DNA from: Tubulanus polymorphus
Taxonomy: Eukaryota; Animalia; Nemertea
Direction of reading: 5' to 3'
Assembly: GCF_964204645.1 (NCBI RefSeq)
Contig: NC_134025.1
Coordinates: forward strand, 16,157,101-16,221,100
DNA: 64,000 nt
Below are positions 1-12,864 of this stretch, one piece after another (within the stretch, counting starts at the first letter, position 1; the number at the start of each line of letters is the position of its first letter). Under the pieces are notes generated by a model. That model searched no databases, was not told the DNA's origin, and saw nothing but the letters and a program-made list of their open reading frames with translations. The translations under genes were made by a program, and so were the position numbers.

Positions 1-200
1 GATGTTTATTGCCCGACAGTGCTTTTGTAACGTTGATTCTTCAAAACACGCATGGAGTATTTGTAGATTGAAGTGAGCTAAATGATATCAGACATATTGT
101 ATCAGCAACAGCTGTAATATAAAAAAGCCTATGTAAAAAGCCAATGATAATAATAATAATAAATATAGCTGCAAAACATCGATAACAGGTTTCTGCCGTT
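1..200 (+). repeat. Interspersed repeat (copies at ~29027-29240, ~26145-26180, inverted ~55415-55455)
   Basis: Shared gattgaagtgagct, gctgcaaa(g)ca(g)cgataac(a/g)ggttt. Confidence 0.65.
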
Positions 201-1748
201 CTGGATTGAATTTCGTACAATGATTTTGTCAAATCCAGTTATACAGAACGGACAGCTTTTCTTAAGGAGTGCCACCTAGGAGCTAACTGATATACATGAT
301 ATGCAGGGCTAATTTATTTAAATGTACTGATGAACCAACTTTTGGGGAAAAAGCCTCGATTACAACGAAGATATCGATGAAATTGCGTTTCCAGTGATTT
401 ATGATGGTGCTACTGGAAAACCAAACCATGGAGTCTGACAGGGCTGGTTTTTGGGCTGAAGATGTGTCTAGGGTACACACATGTGTAACCCAAAATGGGA
501 ATCGGAATGGTTTTATTGTAGACACGGACCAAGTTACTGTAAGCTTTTGGATAGTTGTTATTTGAAAATTGCAGTGTCTTAACGGAATCAATCATCATGT
601 TGATAATTGCTAGATTACTTATCGGATTGTGTGGAAATGATTTTGCATAGAAAAATTTACAGCTGAAACGTGACTAACTCGAGTGACTTCAGATGAAGAG
701 AAGCGAACACGAAAATAAATAAGAGCCACGATTTTTCTTTTTAAAATAATAAAGTCATTAAGCAAGATTAAAGGGTAACTGACACTTTTTTAATTTCAAA
801 ATATGATGTAATCTATTGATCCATACACTCATCTTCAACCGTTCTGTTCCAAAATGTTTAGTTTACGTGCAATTTGTGATTTTGTAACTAGATTTTTGAA
901 CTCATTTCATTGTTCGCTTACTGTTCAGCGTCGACTAAATCAGCAGGTGCGCGCTGCAACGTCATTAAAGGCAGAACTGAGAAATAGCGTCTATAGAAAC
1001 GCGTTGAATTTTGAGGAAACTGCGTGTATTTTCTGTTATATCTCAATGCCAGATTGTTTTACAGCTTTGTAACTGGCCAGGGAGGTAAAAGGATCTATTG
1101 TCTATTGCATAAACCTATTTCAAAGAATCAATGAGTAACATGAATAGGCTAAATCGATCAAATTGAAGATGCAGATTTCAATCCGCTGCTATGAAGCTAT
1201 TAAAGTACACTATGCTAAGCTCTCAGCACTGTTACTGCTGCTCCATAGTTGACCTTTAGTTCAGCACCACAAGCATACTATACAGTGTCTTATAAGGGTG
1301 TATCACCAAGAATCTAAAAGTAACTGTGTTCGTGCCTTGTAGATTCCGGTTCCAAATACATGTTCTGTGTGTCTTCCAGAGATCCACAAGATTTCTCCAA
1401 ATCAATTTGAGATCTTTCAATACCAATTAACAAATTCACTCCGCAATGTAATACATTGGAATATATGCGCTGTATATGCGCAACAGCAGTGGGAAGGCGT
1501 ACCACTCGGTATCCGGGTTATACATGTTTGCGAGCGAGTCTATAAAAAGCACTTAGGCACCCATTGTATATTTTACCTCCCGCCAATAAAATTGCTCGCA
1601 GGTCATGTGTTGATTTTTTCTTTGAGAAAGACATCGACCTACATAATCAACTAAAAGCTTTTTTGGATATATCTAACAAATAATCAAATATGTTAATTTT
1701 CTTTTAAGCAGCACAATCATTTTCATTTTAATAAATGTCAACACTTAC

Positions 1749-2047
1749 ATGATACTCCATACAATGTAATTTATATCAAACATGATTGGAGATATCTTCC
1801 TGAAGATATTCATGCCCCGCTTTGTTGCTTGTGAATTAGCACTTAATCTGAAAAGTACTGCAAGTGCTGAAACGGTAGCAGTCACTCCTTTAAACAGGTA
1901 AACATTCGTCCACGTAATGCCGAAGTGAATATACCACATAGCATTAAAAGCAAATGCTATGCACGAAAACACAAAGTCCATGAGTTCAATCCAATTTTCT
2001 CTCAAAATACAACTGGTGGATCCAACCTGTCGCAAGATGCCTTCAAC
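1749..2047 (-). CDS. TPC-like gene exon: domain II S2-S3-S4-S5
   Basis: ttttttttctag|VEGILRQVGS...WIELMDFVFSCIAF...LAVLFRLSANSQATKRGMNIFRKISPIMFDINYIVWSI..|gtaagt; hydrophobic helices with S2 E..R and S3 D pattern; correct order on the same strand. Confidence 0.7.
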
Positions 2048-2507
2048 CTAGAAAAAAAATTCAACATGGACTGGATTTTGGTCAGGGTGAACTTTTTTAA
2101 TAGAACGGCATTCTTGAAAATCTCCGAACGATTAATCATGGAGAATTTAGATGACACTAATGTTCACAATGATCATAGATCCCAAGAGAGAATGACATTA
2201 ATTTAAACAACTCAAACTAACAGACAAATCTTAACATTCATGACCTGGCACATTAGTGTAAAATCCTAATCGTACCAGTACGCATTTTTTTGATTGAATT
2301 GAATTGGTCTGTTCCATAAGGCGGGTCATTACTAGAAAGCGTCAGGAAAATGTCAGCATCGGTGATAACTTGTTGTCGTCGACATTAAAGAGTCTAAAGT
2401 CAGTTTATACATCAAATACATTACAAATTGGAAATTACGTCAATTTGTGACTTGTAGTCCCCATTTGATCGCTTGACTCGTCGGACTGACTTGTCACTCC
2501 TCTACTA

Positions 2508-3006
2508 ATGTCTATTTCAACCTGACTTGAGAGCATTCCGGGTGGCCTAGCTAAGTAAGTTTTGGTAGTAAATACCTGATGAAAGTCTTATTAGGGCCAG
2601 AATGCAAAGCATTGGCAGCTTATCTAAAATATCGTTTTTTAATCCACTTCAAACTGTATTGAAGGATATCCAAAAAGTCTGCATTGAGAGGGGTTTTTGA
2701 GAGAAAAGAGACTCCATGATTTGAAAGTTAAACAATATGTCTCCATGCCTACCAACTCAAGTTTGGTAGGTAGGCATGGAAGTGTACTGTTAAACTTTAA
2801 GTCATGGAGTCACTTCTCTTCATTTAACCCCTTTCAGTGAAGACATTCTGGATATCCTTCAATACAGTTTCTAATGGATTAAAAAATGATGATTTAGGTC
2901 GACTGCCTGTCCTTTCTGATCCCATTAAGACCTTCATCAGGTATGCACTACAAAAATTAGCGAGCTATGCCATCGGAATGCTCTCGAGTCAGGTTGAAAT
3001 GGACAT
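2508..3006. repeat. ~500-bp foldback element (diverged ~250-bp inverted arms)
   Basis: atgtctatttcaacctgacttgagagcattccg vs cggaatgctctcgagtcaggttgaaatggacat; inner matches actgtattgaaggatatcc and ccatgcctacc. Confidence 0.75.
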
Positions 3007-3049
3007 CAGGCCTTCCCACCTGCACCCTATAATTTACACAATACAATGG

Positions 3050-4615
3050 TGTTTTCATAAGTAGCACTGACAGCGACTGGAGCAGACAGGAACAAATACC
3101 TCAGATAAATCTTTTCCCTTGGTCTTATTGATTTGAATGCGGAATAGCATTAACATATCTAAAATTTATTCAATAAAACAAAATTGAATTGGATTTGATG
3201 TTTTATTTGTTCAAAAAGCAAAAATGAATTTGATTTGATACTTTTTGCAGGATAAAATTTGATTGAATTTGCAGTTTGAGCACATGGCTAATTAGCATAT
3301 CAAGGTCATACATTCGTTTTGAGAAAAGGCTATATTTTCCCGGACGTTGCATAATTGTCAATGATATATTCTGTAGTGCAAATAAAAATATTCCTCCAAA
3401 AAACCAAATCAACTAAAGATTTCACAGAAAGCGATCTTGAAATACAATTTCATATCTTAAAATAAAACCCGGAAGAAAACGGTAGACGATACCGCGGGTT
3501 GACATGAACACCTGCTGATCTCTGCAACTAAGCCAATCATGGAGGAGTCTTTGCTTTCTGATTGGCTTTTTGAAACAGATACTTTTGTGTTAAGGTTTTT
3601 TCGCAAAAAAACCTCATATAAATTCTAGAGGCCCTTTTTCAAAATGCAGCTGCATCATGGGTTTGGAGAATGGATAATTCTTTAATGAATGATTTGTATG
3701 GATATATGCTCAGTTGCACAGTCAAGAGTCTTTGCTCTGGAAACCATGTCATTTAAATTCGCTCCATTTTTATAGTAATAGGCTCAGCCTACGGGGGGCC
3801 AATTATAACAAAAGCACCATTATCATCAAATTATAAATTGAAATGATCCTGGTCCTGGCCTGCTGTTGATACTTAAGGACTACCCAATCAATATTAAAAC
3901 AAGAGCCTAAAGGGGCACTATGGCCAGCCTGTCCGATTTTGCAAATGATCCATTCTGTGGGTTATATTTGTCAATATAAGCTCAGAGCTTATTTTCATAA
4001 GTAGCACAGACAGGAAGCTGGCAGGAAAACCAATACCACAGATTTGAATGCGGAATAGATTTTAATTGGATTTTTCTGATATTTGTTCGAAAGCTGAAAC
4101 AGATTTGATGTTTTATTTGTTCAATTAAGTAAAATTGCTTTGATTTAATATTTTTACCAAATAAAATTTGATTGAATTTGCAATTTGAGCAGAAGGGTAA
4201 ATAAAAATATTCCTCCCAAAAACCAAATCAACTAAACGTTTCACACAAATCGATCATGAAATACAATTTTAAATCTTAAATAAAAATCCCGAAGTGAAAC
4301 AGTAGACAACACGGCGGGTTCACGTGAACACCTGCTCATTTCTGCGGCTAAGCCAACCATAGATAGAGGAGTCATTGCTTTCTCATTGACTTTTTAAAAC
4401 TATATTTTTGCCCTTCGATCTTCGCGAAAAAGCTCATATATATTTCAACAAGGCCATTTTCAAATTCTGCCCCATAAGATGTGAGAATGGATAATGCTAT
4501 GATAAATCATTTTTCAATATATGCTCAGTAGCAGAGTCAAATTGTTATTCCTCTGGAAACCATGCCATTTATATTAGTTCCATTTGTAAAGCAATAGGCT
4601 CAGCTTACGGCTGGC
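3050..4615 (+). repeat. Two diverged direct copies of a ~620-750 bp repeat
   Basis: Both start ttttcataagtagcac (~3052, ~3992) and end aataggctcagc(c/t)tacgg (~3794, ~4610). Confidence 0.75.
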
Positions 4616-5102
4616 CTAAAAACAACGATGGACAACAAACCTATGAGTGTTTCTTAAAGTGAGTATGATCAAGCTCAAGCAAAAAACCATACGGCTGCAA
4701 TTAAACCACTTCAAATGCAATACGAATAGGCACCATGAAGGAGCTAGACATATGATATAAATGGATTAATTCAGTGTTGTTAGGAGTTTCTGTAATTTCA
4801 CATTGACAACATCATCCTCATAACATTACAGTTGTTTACATTTTACCAAAATTACTACATAACATAAACAGACGGACGAATCGAGCAACAGGCGAATAGG
4901 CAACAGAGAATACATACAGCCCATTAGGCTTAGTCCTGATTGGAATAAGATAAGAAAAGACGTAGAAGTTTCCGTAAATAGGCAGATTACAGAAAAATTA
5001 CCTGAATTCAGTCTTACACTTATAAAATGTATTGTGGAAGGTATACCGGTATGTACAATTTTGCGTTGAAAGATTTTACTTTTATACACGAAGGGCAACA
5101 AT

Positions 5103-5763
5103 AGCTGCGCTCACACTAGATTCAGGGCTAACGAAGTACCGTGCTTCGCTGGTGCCGACTTCACAAAAATACGGCGCTTATACAGCTATTTACGTTCACA
5201 CCACGAGTCAACTATTCAGCACTTAGTAAGCCCAGTATAGTAGTCACCCAGTGTGCCAATAGAGGGGAGTGTAATTAGTGCTAAGTGTTTTGTACTACGA
5301 GGATATGAATACGTGGCTAGCTAAGTGCCGAATCTGCATTCATACTACAGAAAACACGCGGCCAGCTCAATGCCGTACTGAGATCGGGTTTTCGGCGCGG
5401 AATAGCATTCCGCGTGTTGAATTAGAGTCTGTCATGACGGGAAAACTGACGAGTCACCGTCTATGTCTGCTGACATAGGATCAAGAAAGGAACTAAGAAA
5501 AACACGTCTTCTTTCTTTAACAACTACTCGTGAACTAAACCTTATTTACATCAGGTCAACATCTGGTTTCATGCACGTTACAGAGAAAGCGCGGGAAAAT
5601 ATCGCGCCAGTACTGTTCTATTAATAGTAGAGATCATCTCTCAACACCGCGCTTGATAAGCCACATATTTCAGTACGGAACTGAATAAGCCGCGAATAGG
5701 CCTCGAATAATTTCCTAGTGTGAACGCTTAGTACCGTACTGAAATCCTAGTGTGAACGCGGCT
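5103..5763. mobile_element. Harbinger-like MITE
   Basis: TIR AGCTGCGCTCACACTAG / CTAGTGTGAACGCGGCT with AAT on both sides. Confidence 0.7.
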
Positions 5764-8700
5764 AATTTATGGGACGGAGATTATAATAAGAAATAGGCTG
5801 ATATACATACCATAAATATACAAACAACCAGAGTTTTCAAGCTATGTATCACCAATTCAGTACTGGAATCGATACTATACCAATGAACCATAAAAAGAGT
5901 CCTAAAAAGTCACATAAATCAAGTGAGTTACAAGTTAGTTTATTCACCATAATCAAATGACATGATTGTGAATAAACACCGAAACTGTAGATAAAGAAAA
6001 CAATATATACAGGGTGTCCCATCAATTACTATACATAAAAAACTGCCTGTATCCTCCCTTCTTAATGAAATGTTTCGATTTTCCACCAAATGATAACGGT
6101 ACTTTTGATTGTTATCGTGGTTGCTATGGTAATTTGCTTAGTGATTTCCTAGCAACTGATTACATTCTTGTAGTGATTTTTTGTTATTCTGAATTAGAAT
6201 AGATCACTGTTAAATCATGTGTATGTCTCTGAAACAAAAAGCCAAGATGGTATACTGGTTTTAGGAAACCAAATCTGTCAGTCAGAACCATAGATTTTGG
6301 GGTTAAGAATCCCTATTTGATTGCAGAGAAGCTACTAAATGTCATCAAGTGAGCTGTCAGTTGTCTACGAGGTGTGATCTTTCGGATTGCCATGCAGTCG
6401 GTCATCCAGTGGGCCTATAATCTGACCATACTACAAAAAAGGAAATGCTGACTATGAATGGAGCCGGCTATCATTAGATGCCGATTCAGTACTCCATTAC
6501 AAAACTTCGTAGATGTCTAGACGAAGTCTCAATCCAGTGTGGTTGCAACAGAATGGTGCGCAATGTCTTTCAGCACGCAAAAGTATTGATGTTCTGCATA
6601 AACATTGTTTTATCTTGTAGTCATGATTCATTTATTTGGAATTTTGAAAGTTATTTTGAAAGCACTTGGTCAGATCTCATGTCAATATACTAAACCACAG
6701 GTGAGTCTACCTAACTCGGTTTTATTTGTAACTATTTGACTTCGTAACTTCTGTACTTAGTAAACCGAATACCGACTTAGAGAAAGGGGAATTTATAATT
6801 TTTAGATCATCAATAAAGTTCATTACATGTTAAATATACAACAATTTGCAGGTTTATTTTTTAGGTCAATTCAGTAGTTTAAAGGGATACGTTTTGTGGT
6901 TATTGGGACAGTAAGCTACAGGAGTAGCACATTTTCAGTACATACGCAGTGCAGAGAAAATCAACAGCAACTGGTTGATAATATTGATACATGGGTTTTT
7001 CATGATATTCGATTATTTTTAAGTGATCTTGCCACAAGTATTCTCTTTTTACTTTCAGAAGCCATTTCAGAGTCCTATTTTACAGCAATTATCGTTTAGA
7101 GTATATATTCGAAAAGATCACCAATTTTTTCTTTGTACTGGATGAACAACAACTACATTAGATTGGGTCAGAGGGAAAGTAGAGATATATTCCTGATATA
7201 TATAGCATATAACTAACTCCCAGATAGAGGCGCGCCTTCAAAAGGAGTGTACTACACTATTTCATTCGACACAAGGTTGGCTTAAAAATTAACTGAGTCA
7301 TGGATGAATTTGAGCAAAAAATCCACTGAGTAAAGTGGTTTACCCAGTAGAGCGGCGCCGAGTACGGCAGAGTCTACTACAATTTCAACAGAAGAGGGAA
7401 TATAATATTCCAAGGGCATTTGTCCGGTAAATCAGCCCAAATGAATAACTAGGTAACTTACGTGTGCAACATGATGAGCAGCAAAATAATTCTCAAGAAT
7501 ACATCACCAAATACAATGCTCGCGATATTTTCTTTGATCGGAGAACCGAAAATTTGCCTCTGAAAATAGATAATGAATCTTGTATTCGGGATTATTTCTC
7601 CACTTAATGAACAAGAAAATAAATTCATCAACACAAATTATACTATATTTCGAAATATAATTTATCCAGATATATTCTGATGTGGATAGGTAATTGTAAT
7701 ATGGCGTTTTCAGAGGAGGAGTAAGATACATACGTATTATAATTCAAGATATAATATCACCTAAATATAATTTCATAATAGATTGAATATTATCCAGATA
7801 TATATCAATAATAAATATCATATTTCTATAAATAATTTATACAGATGGATTGAATATTTCTAAATATAATTTATCAAATATAATATTCAGAAGAGATAAT
7901 TATTTAACGAAAAGATTATCTATACACGACTCTCGTAAAGATAGCGACACCGATCGATAATTTAGCCGTGACGTCATACGGTGAAAAATACTTCCGTGTT
8001 ATAATGGCGCTCGTTTCAAATATTGGTGAGTAATCAGGAGAAACATTTCGTTGTTTATCATCATTAAAGCACTCAAATCATGCATGTAAACGAATGAGAG
8101 AATCGTGAGTTTGTGCTGTTGTCCTGGCCTCAGTCCACAGGTGCCAGCACCTCCAGTAATTTTCAAAATGGCAGCTGTTGACTGGACGGAAATTTACTCT
8201 CACTTTACGGCCGATTTGCACATGGATTAAGATCGTCAGGTGAGGTGTTATAGGTATCAGACAAACTACGAATCTGTTGTGCGTCGATTACAGCAAAAAT
8301 TAGACGGATATCTTAAGAAATTGGCTGACGAAGATTTCATACAAAAATGACCTTCCCATTCCTGACTGTGGTTTGTGAAAATATCCGATCGTGAAACTAA
8401 ACCACAGACAGGTTACTGACTAGGCCGGGCCCGGGTCGTCAGTTAGGCCGAGTCAGAGAGACAGAGTCAGTCTGAGACTGATCTATTTAGAAATCCGCGC
8501 TTGGTTGTGACGGCCTCATTTTATGACCTAGACTGGATTAATATTTAGAATCCTGAATTACATATAACATTATAGGCCTGCAGGCGTATTGTAGGTCTAA
8601 TTAATACCTCTATACTTTTGAATCCTGAATTTCATCGACAGTCAGAGAGTCATCGTAACATGAATCATCACATAAATCAATATACCCACTTCACTTTTTA

Positions 8701-9121
8701 GGGGATGCTGCTTCTAGCACAGCTGATCATGGATATGCTGCAGCCAGCACACTTGTTGGTAATGGTAGGCCTACAGCTGACGTCTACGTTCTAGGTTACG
8801 ACAATTTCTGCACGTGCAATGAGGTAGGCCTTTAAGACCAAAAATTAAAAGATAGCTTATTCTTCATTTTTCTGGCTAATTCAACTACCAACATTCATTC
8901 GACTGTATTTTGGATGTATCTGTATTTTTACATAAAATAATAATTGGTAAATTGTGATAAATTTTCACCGCAGCCTAAATTTCTTTGTGATTGTCCAGAG
9001 ATAGTAATGATGTATACTACTAGTGTACCGGTCCTACTATGCATGTAGTTTTAATGGCCAAAAATGTACCCCTCGCCTTGTAGTTAATTCAATTGACTGA
9101 ACAGAATTTTTTCGATTTTAG

Positions 9122-11300
9122 TTAACGGCCAGTGATATACCAGGAGCGCTCCTACAGAAACCAGCTAAGGACTACAAGAAGGGTGAACTTCAATTCTGGT
9201 TGAAATGTCGTAATCTGAAGTACAGAGCTGCTGACACAAAAGCTGTCTTGGTGAATAGGTACTGAATTCAATTTTATGTTGTTTATGTTATGTTTAATTT
9301 TTAATAAACTATATTGATTTATTTAAAGTCGTATTTTACTGTCGAACTCTACGGAGTTACCAGGATTTCCAGTCCTCCTTTTCTTTCGCAGAACTTCGTG
9401 AACTACAGGATGACTGCAAATGTTTCATTTTTTAGGTTTGAATTTAGATTTTCATGCAGGATCATAGGCCCTACACTTTCACGGGTCATTTTAGATAACA
9501 TTGCACATTTTAGACAGAACACATTGCACACCTTAGAAACTGCACATTTTAGAAATGCACATTGCACATTTTCATTTCTAGGGTCGAAGAAAATACGAAG
9601 ATCTCGCATAAGATTGTAGACCCTGACCCTCATAAGTGCTACTCCAATTTGAAGAAATCGAAGTGCACCTCCTGCAGTAGTAGCACTAATCCAAGAAACT
9701 TTACTAATACTAGCAGTAATATCAATACATTTAGTTCCATCAGAGAATGGGGAAACTCTGTTGTAAATATTCCAAACATATCATATGTTACGATCAGACA
9801 ACACGTAGAGACATCAGGAAGGAGGATTACAGGAAGTACATATATTGAAAAGACCTTACACAAAGGATATAAGTTTTTCTATGAGAACTATATTCATAAT
9901 GTATTTTCTGCTCGGGATAATGAAAAGAATTTGTGCTTGATTAAATGTCAGAGTTTTAGATCTCAAAAGAAAAATGAAGAGCCCCACAGATTACAGTGTA
10001 CATTAAACGATACCGGGTTTGTAGCAAATGCAACATGTTCTTGTGTAGCTGGGCTTAATGGTCATTGTAACCATATTGTTGGTTTACTTTTCTATCTAAA
10101 CCATTGCAAGTTTATGGAACTGAAGGAGTTCCAAAAACCTGGAACTTGTACTGACGAACCCCAGCAGTGGCATAGACCAAGAACAGCTGGTGTCAATGCT
10201 GAGCCTATCATGGGGTATTGTGTGCTAAAACCTGAGTACGAAAAACAAAAAAAAGGAGTGAGCAGTACACTTTATGATGCTAGAGGCCTAGCAATTAGGA
10301 GCAATGATGGTGCTCAACTACTTTTAGAGGAAATGAAAAAACTAAATCCTCATTCAGGTATTTGTAAAAACCTCAATCTCAAATCGGTTGGAAAGGTTCG
10401 AACAAGAATGGGCTTTGAAACTCCAGTTTGGTCTACATTAGCACACCAATTAGCAATTACTGAAGGTGACATGACACTATATACTGCAGTCTGGAATTGG
10501 AAGCAGACAAATATTACCCATATACCAAACTAACATTTCCAGATTTACCGTTATCAAACCCAGATGGAAAACTTAGATGTAATTTTGTGTTGCCAGATAT
10601 TTTGATACACGAATTAGAACCGAAAATTACCAATTTCCAACTGACTTTGGATCAGTGCATTAGCTTAGAAAAATCTACAGTTGGACAAAATTCAAACCCC
10701 CTTTGGTCAGATGCAAGAAAAGGATTGATTACTAGCAGTAATTTCGGTAGAATTCTTAGAAGAAAATCATATTCCATAGATTTTGCCAAGTCCCTTATGG
10801 TGAAAAAAGATCTATCTCATGTTCCAGCCATAAAGTACGGCAGGGAATACGAATCGAAGGCTGTAGATAGATATGTTCAATATATGCAAAACATAGGTAA
10901 TCCTGTCACTTGTATCGAATCAGGACTGGTGGTACATCCATATGTCCCCTGGCTGGGTGCCTCCCCTGATCGCAAATGTATCGATAGTAAAGTAGGCTTA
11001 GGACTTCTCGAAGTCAAATGTCCCTATTCTTTTCGGGACATAAAACCACAGGGAGCTTGTTCCAATCCAACGTTTTGCTGCGAAGAAAAAGGGAACAAAT
11101 ATTTTCTTCGAAAAGACCATGATTACTATGCCCAGATTCAAGGCCAGTTGGCCTTGACTGGGTTAACTTGGTGTGACTTTCTGGTTTATACAAGTAAAGG
11201 CATGTTGATAATCCGTGTTCCATTCGATCTTGAATTTTGGAATGAGGCGGTTGCAAAATTAGCAAATTTCTTCATTAGATATTTCCTTCCTGCCATGAAT
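9122..11300 (+). pseudogene. SAP-like + SWIM zinc finger + YqaJ/lambda-exonuclease-like protein of the ISL2EU element
   Basis: Exon ~9122-9258 (DIPGALLQKP...LQFWLKCRNL, donor ag|gt) and exon from ~9582; SWIM CSCVAG...CNH; YqaJ motifs ITSSNFG, YGREYE, WLGASPD, LLEVKCP, YYAQIQGQL; frameshift near 10497-10533. Confidence 0.82.
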
Positions 11301-12348
11301 GAAAATTTCTGTACAATCAATTATTACTCTTGTATTGGGGTACTTATTTTTGAAGCTGACTGGCATCGATGCAACGATTTCTTTTTTAGAAGACCAAATT
11401 GGCAGAGCGCCAAGTCTAAGATAAACAAAATTAGCCCAGGTTATAATCAAACGGCTAACTATAGCAACTGAGATATCAAATCGGTCAGCTAGGTCTTGCT
11501 CTAATAGACCAAGTCGTATCCTAGTCAAAAACAGAAAAAACTGGTCCCTAGGAGACAAAGCAAATGGACGACCCTTTTTTATAACTGATGCAGAGGGTTC
11601 TGATTTAGCCACTATTAAATTTTCACCAAGTTCTCCCGGGTTTACAAATTTTAGCACTGAATTAAAAGTCTCTATATTTGGAAAACCTGTATAGAATGTT
11701 ATATTATCAACACTAAGTCTATCAATAGTAAATCTGTTTTCTGATTGCAAACTTTCCACCTGAGTCTGGAGCTTTTCATTTTCTAGTTCAAGGTTAGATA
11801 TCCTGTTTAAAAGTTCTGTGTAATCATTATGAGTTATTGTAGTACTACATGACATCAAGTCCATGCCATTATCAGTAACAGTTGTTTCAAGCAAATCCGG
11901 TCCATCGTCCTCGAACAAAGAAATTGGCTCACACGTGGGGGCAAATTCTGAAGTATCCTCCGTTGGAACTACTGATGTACATGTAGTTTGAAAGCGCGAA
12001 TCACATAAGTTAACAAGTTTATTTGGTTTCCTCAGTTTTTTTGGGTTCCAGTTCGTGACTTTTCCTTCCCAACAAGAAAACACAGACGGAATGGCGGTTG
12101 ACTTAAGATATCTACGTCCTGAATAACTGGATACATCACGATAATCGTCCTTTTTGAAATGCTGCGAGCACACAAATGTGTTTTTCGTTATTTTAAACAG
12201 GTCTCCTTCATCACGTTTAATGCGGGCCAACCACTGTTTTCTCAGCCCAAGTTCTGATGGGAAACTGAAATATGAAACTACACCGTGGCCTTCAACATGA
12301 TAATATCCGGATTTGGTGCAATAAGGGACGCAGCAGCTTCTCCGACTC
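11298..12348 (-). pseudogene. THAP-domain + HTH transposase (DDE_Tnp_4/ISL2EU type), truncated at the start of the catalytic domain
   Basis: THAP CCVPYC...FSFP...QWLARIKR...VCSQHF...AIPSVF; coiled coil; FYTGFP; HTH LSPRDQFFLFLTRIRLGL...DLADRFDIS; stops right after IIDCTEIFI; probable small upstream exons (12541-12627; donor near 13200-13210). Confidence 0.85.
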
Positions 12349-12706
12349 TAAAAAAAATTTAATCGATATTAATTATTGTTGCAAATTGTTCAATAAGGCA
12401 TTGTAAATTAATCATAACAGATAGGGGATAATTATCAGTCTTATGATAAATCTATGTACGTACGATTATTAGAATTTTATCAAGAAATCAAAAATATTTG
12501 CTCTTGAATATTAGGCATGTACAAATTAATTTTACTAACCGTAGAACCTTTCTTTCTCCTTGAATCTTCGTCACGGCTCTCGGTTTCATAATCCTTCAAT
12601 AAACTAAATGAATAGTTGTGATCATCCTAAAAAAATCAAAAGAATAAAATTGTATTAGTTGTTAGTATTATCTAGCCTGCTGTGTCTTAAGACAGTTAAG
12701 TAACAA

Positions 12707-12864
12707 GGGGTCATTCATTTATTACATACGCACTAGGGGAGGGGTAAGTGCAATTGCATACTGTAATGCTTAATGTATATGAAAAAACGGCCGATTTTGC
12801 GTACAGGGGGGGAGGGGGGGTTGAAAATTCAAATTTTATGCATACGTAATAAATGAATGATACC
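12707..12864. mobile_element. Small Harbinger-like MITE in the ISL2EU intron (second copy ~27599-27762)
   Basis: TIR TCATTCATTTATTAC / GTAATAAATGAATGA, CAA flanks, G-rich core; near-identical copy at 27.6 kb. Confidence 0.72.

Noticed and set aside
41-232. Hydrophobic ORF as a further channel exon
   Set aside because: Sequence is an interspersed repeat (copy at ~29030-29240) and lacks convincing splice sites
768-800. Kolobok-like left end (TTAA-AGGGTAACTGACAC); similar orphan ends at ~6010 (Tc1-like), ~21730 and ~45066
   Set aside because: Matching opposite termini could not be located
283-7731. Numerous 60-100 aa ORFs here and across the window
   Set aside because: Alternative starts, no motifs, mostly within repeats; expected by chance
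11305-11471. Genuine C-terminal extension of the YqaJ protein
   Set aside because: It is the antisense of the transposase after the deletion junction
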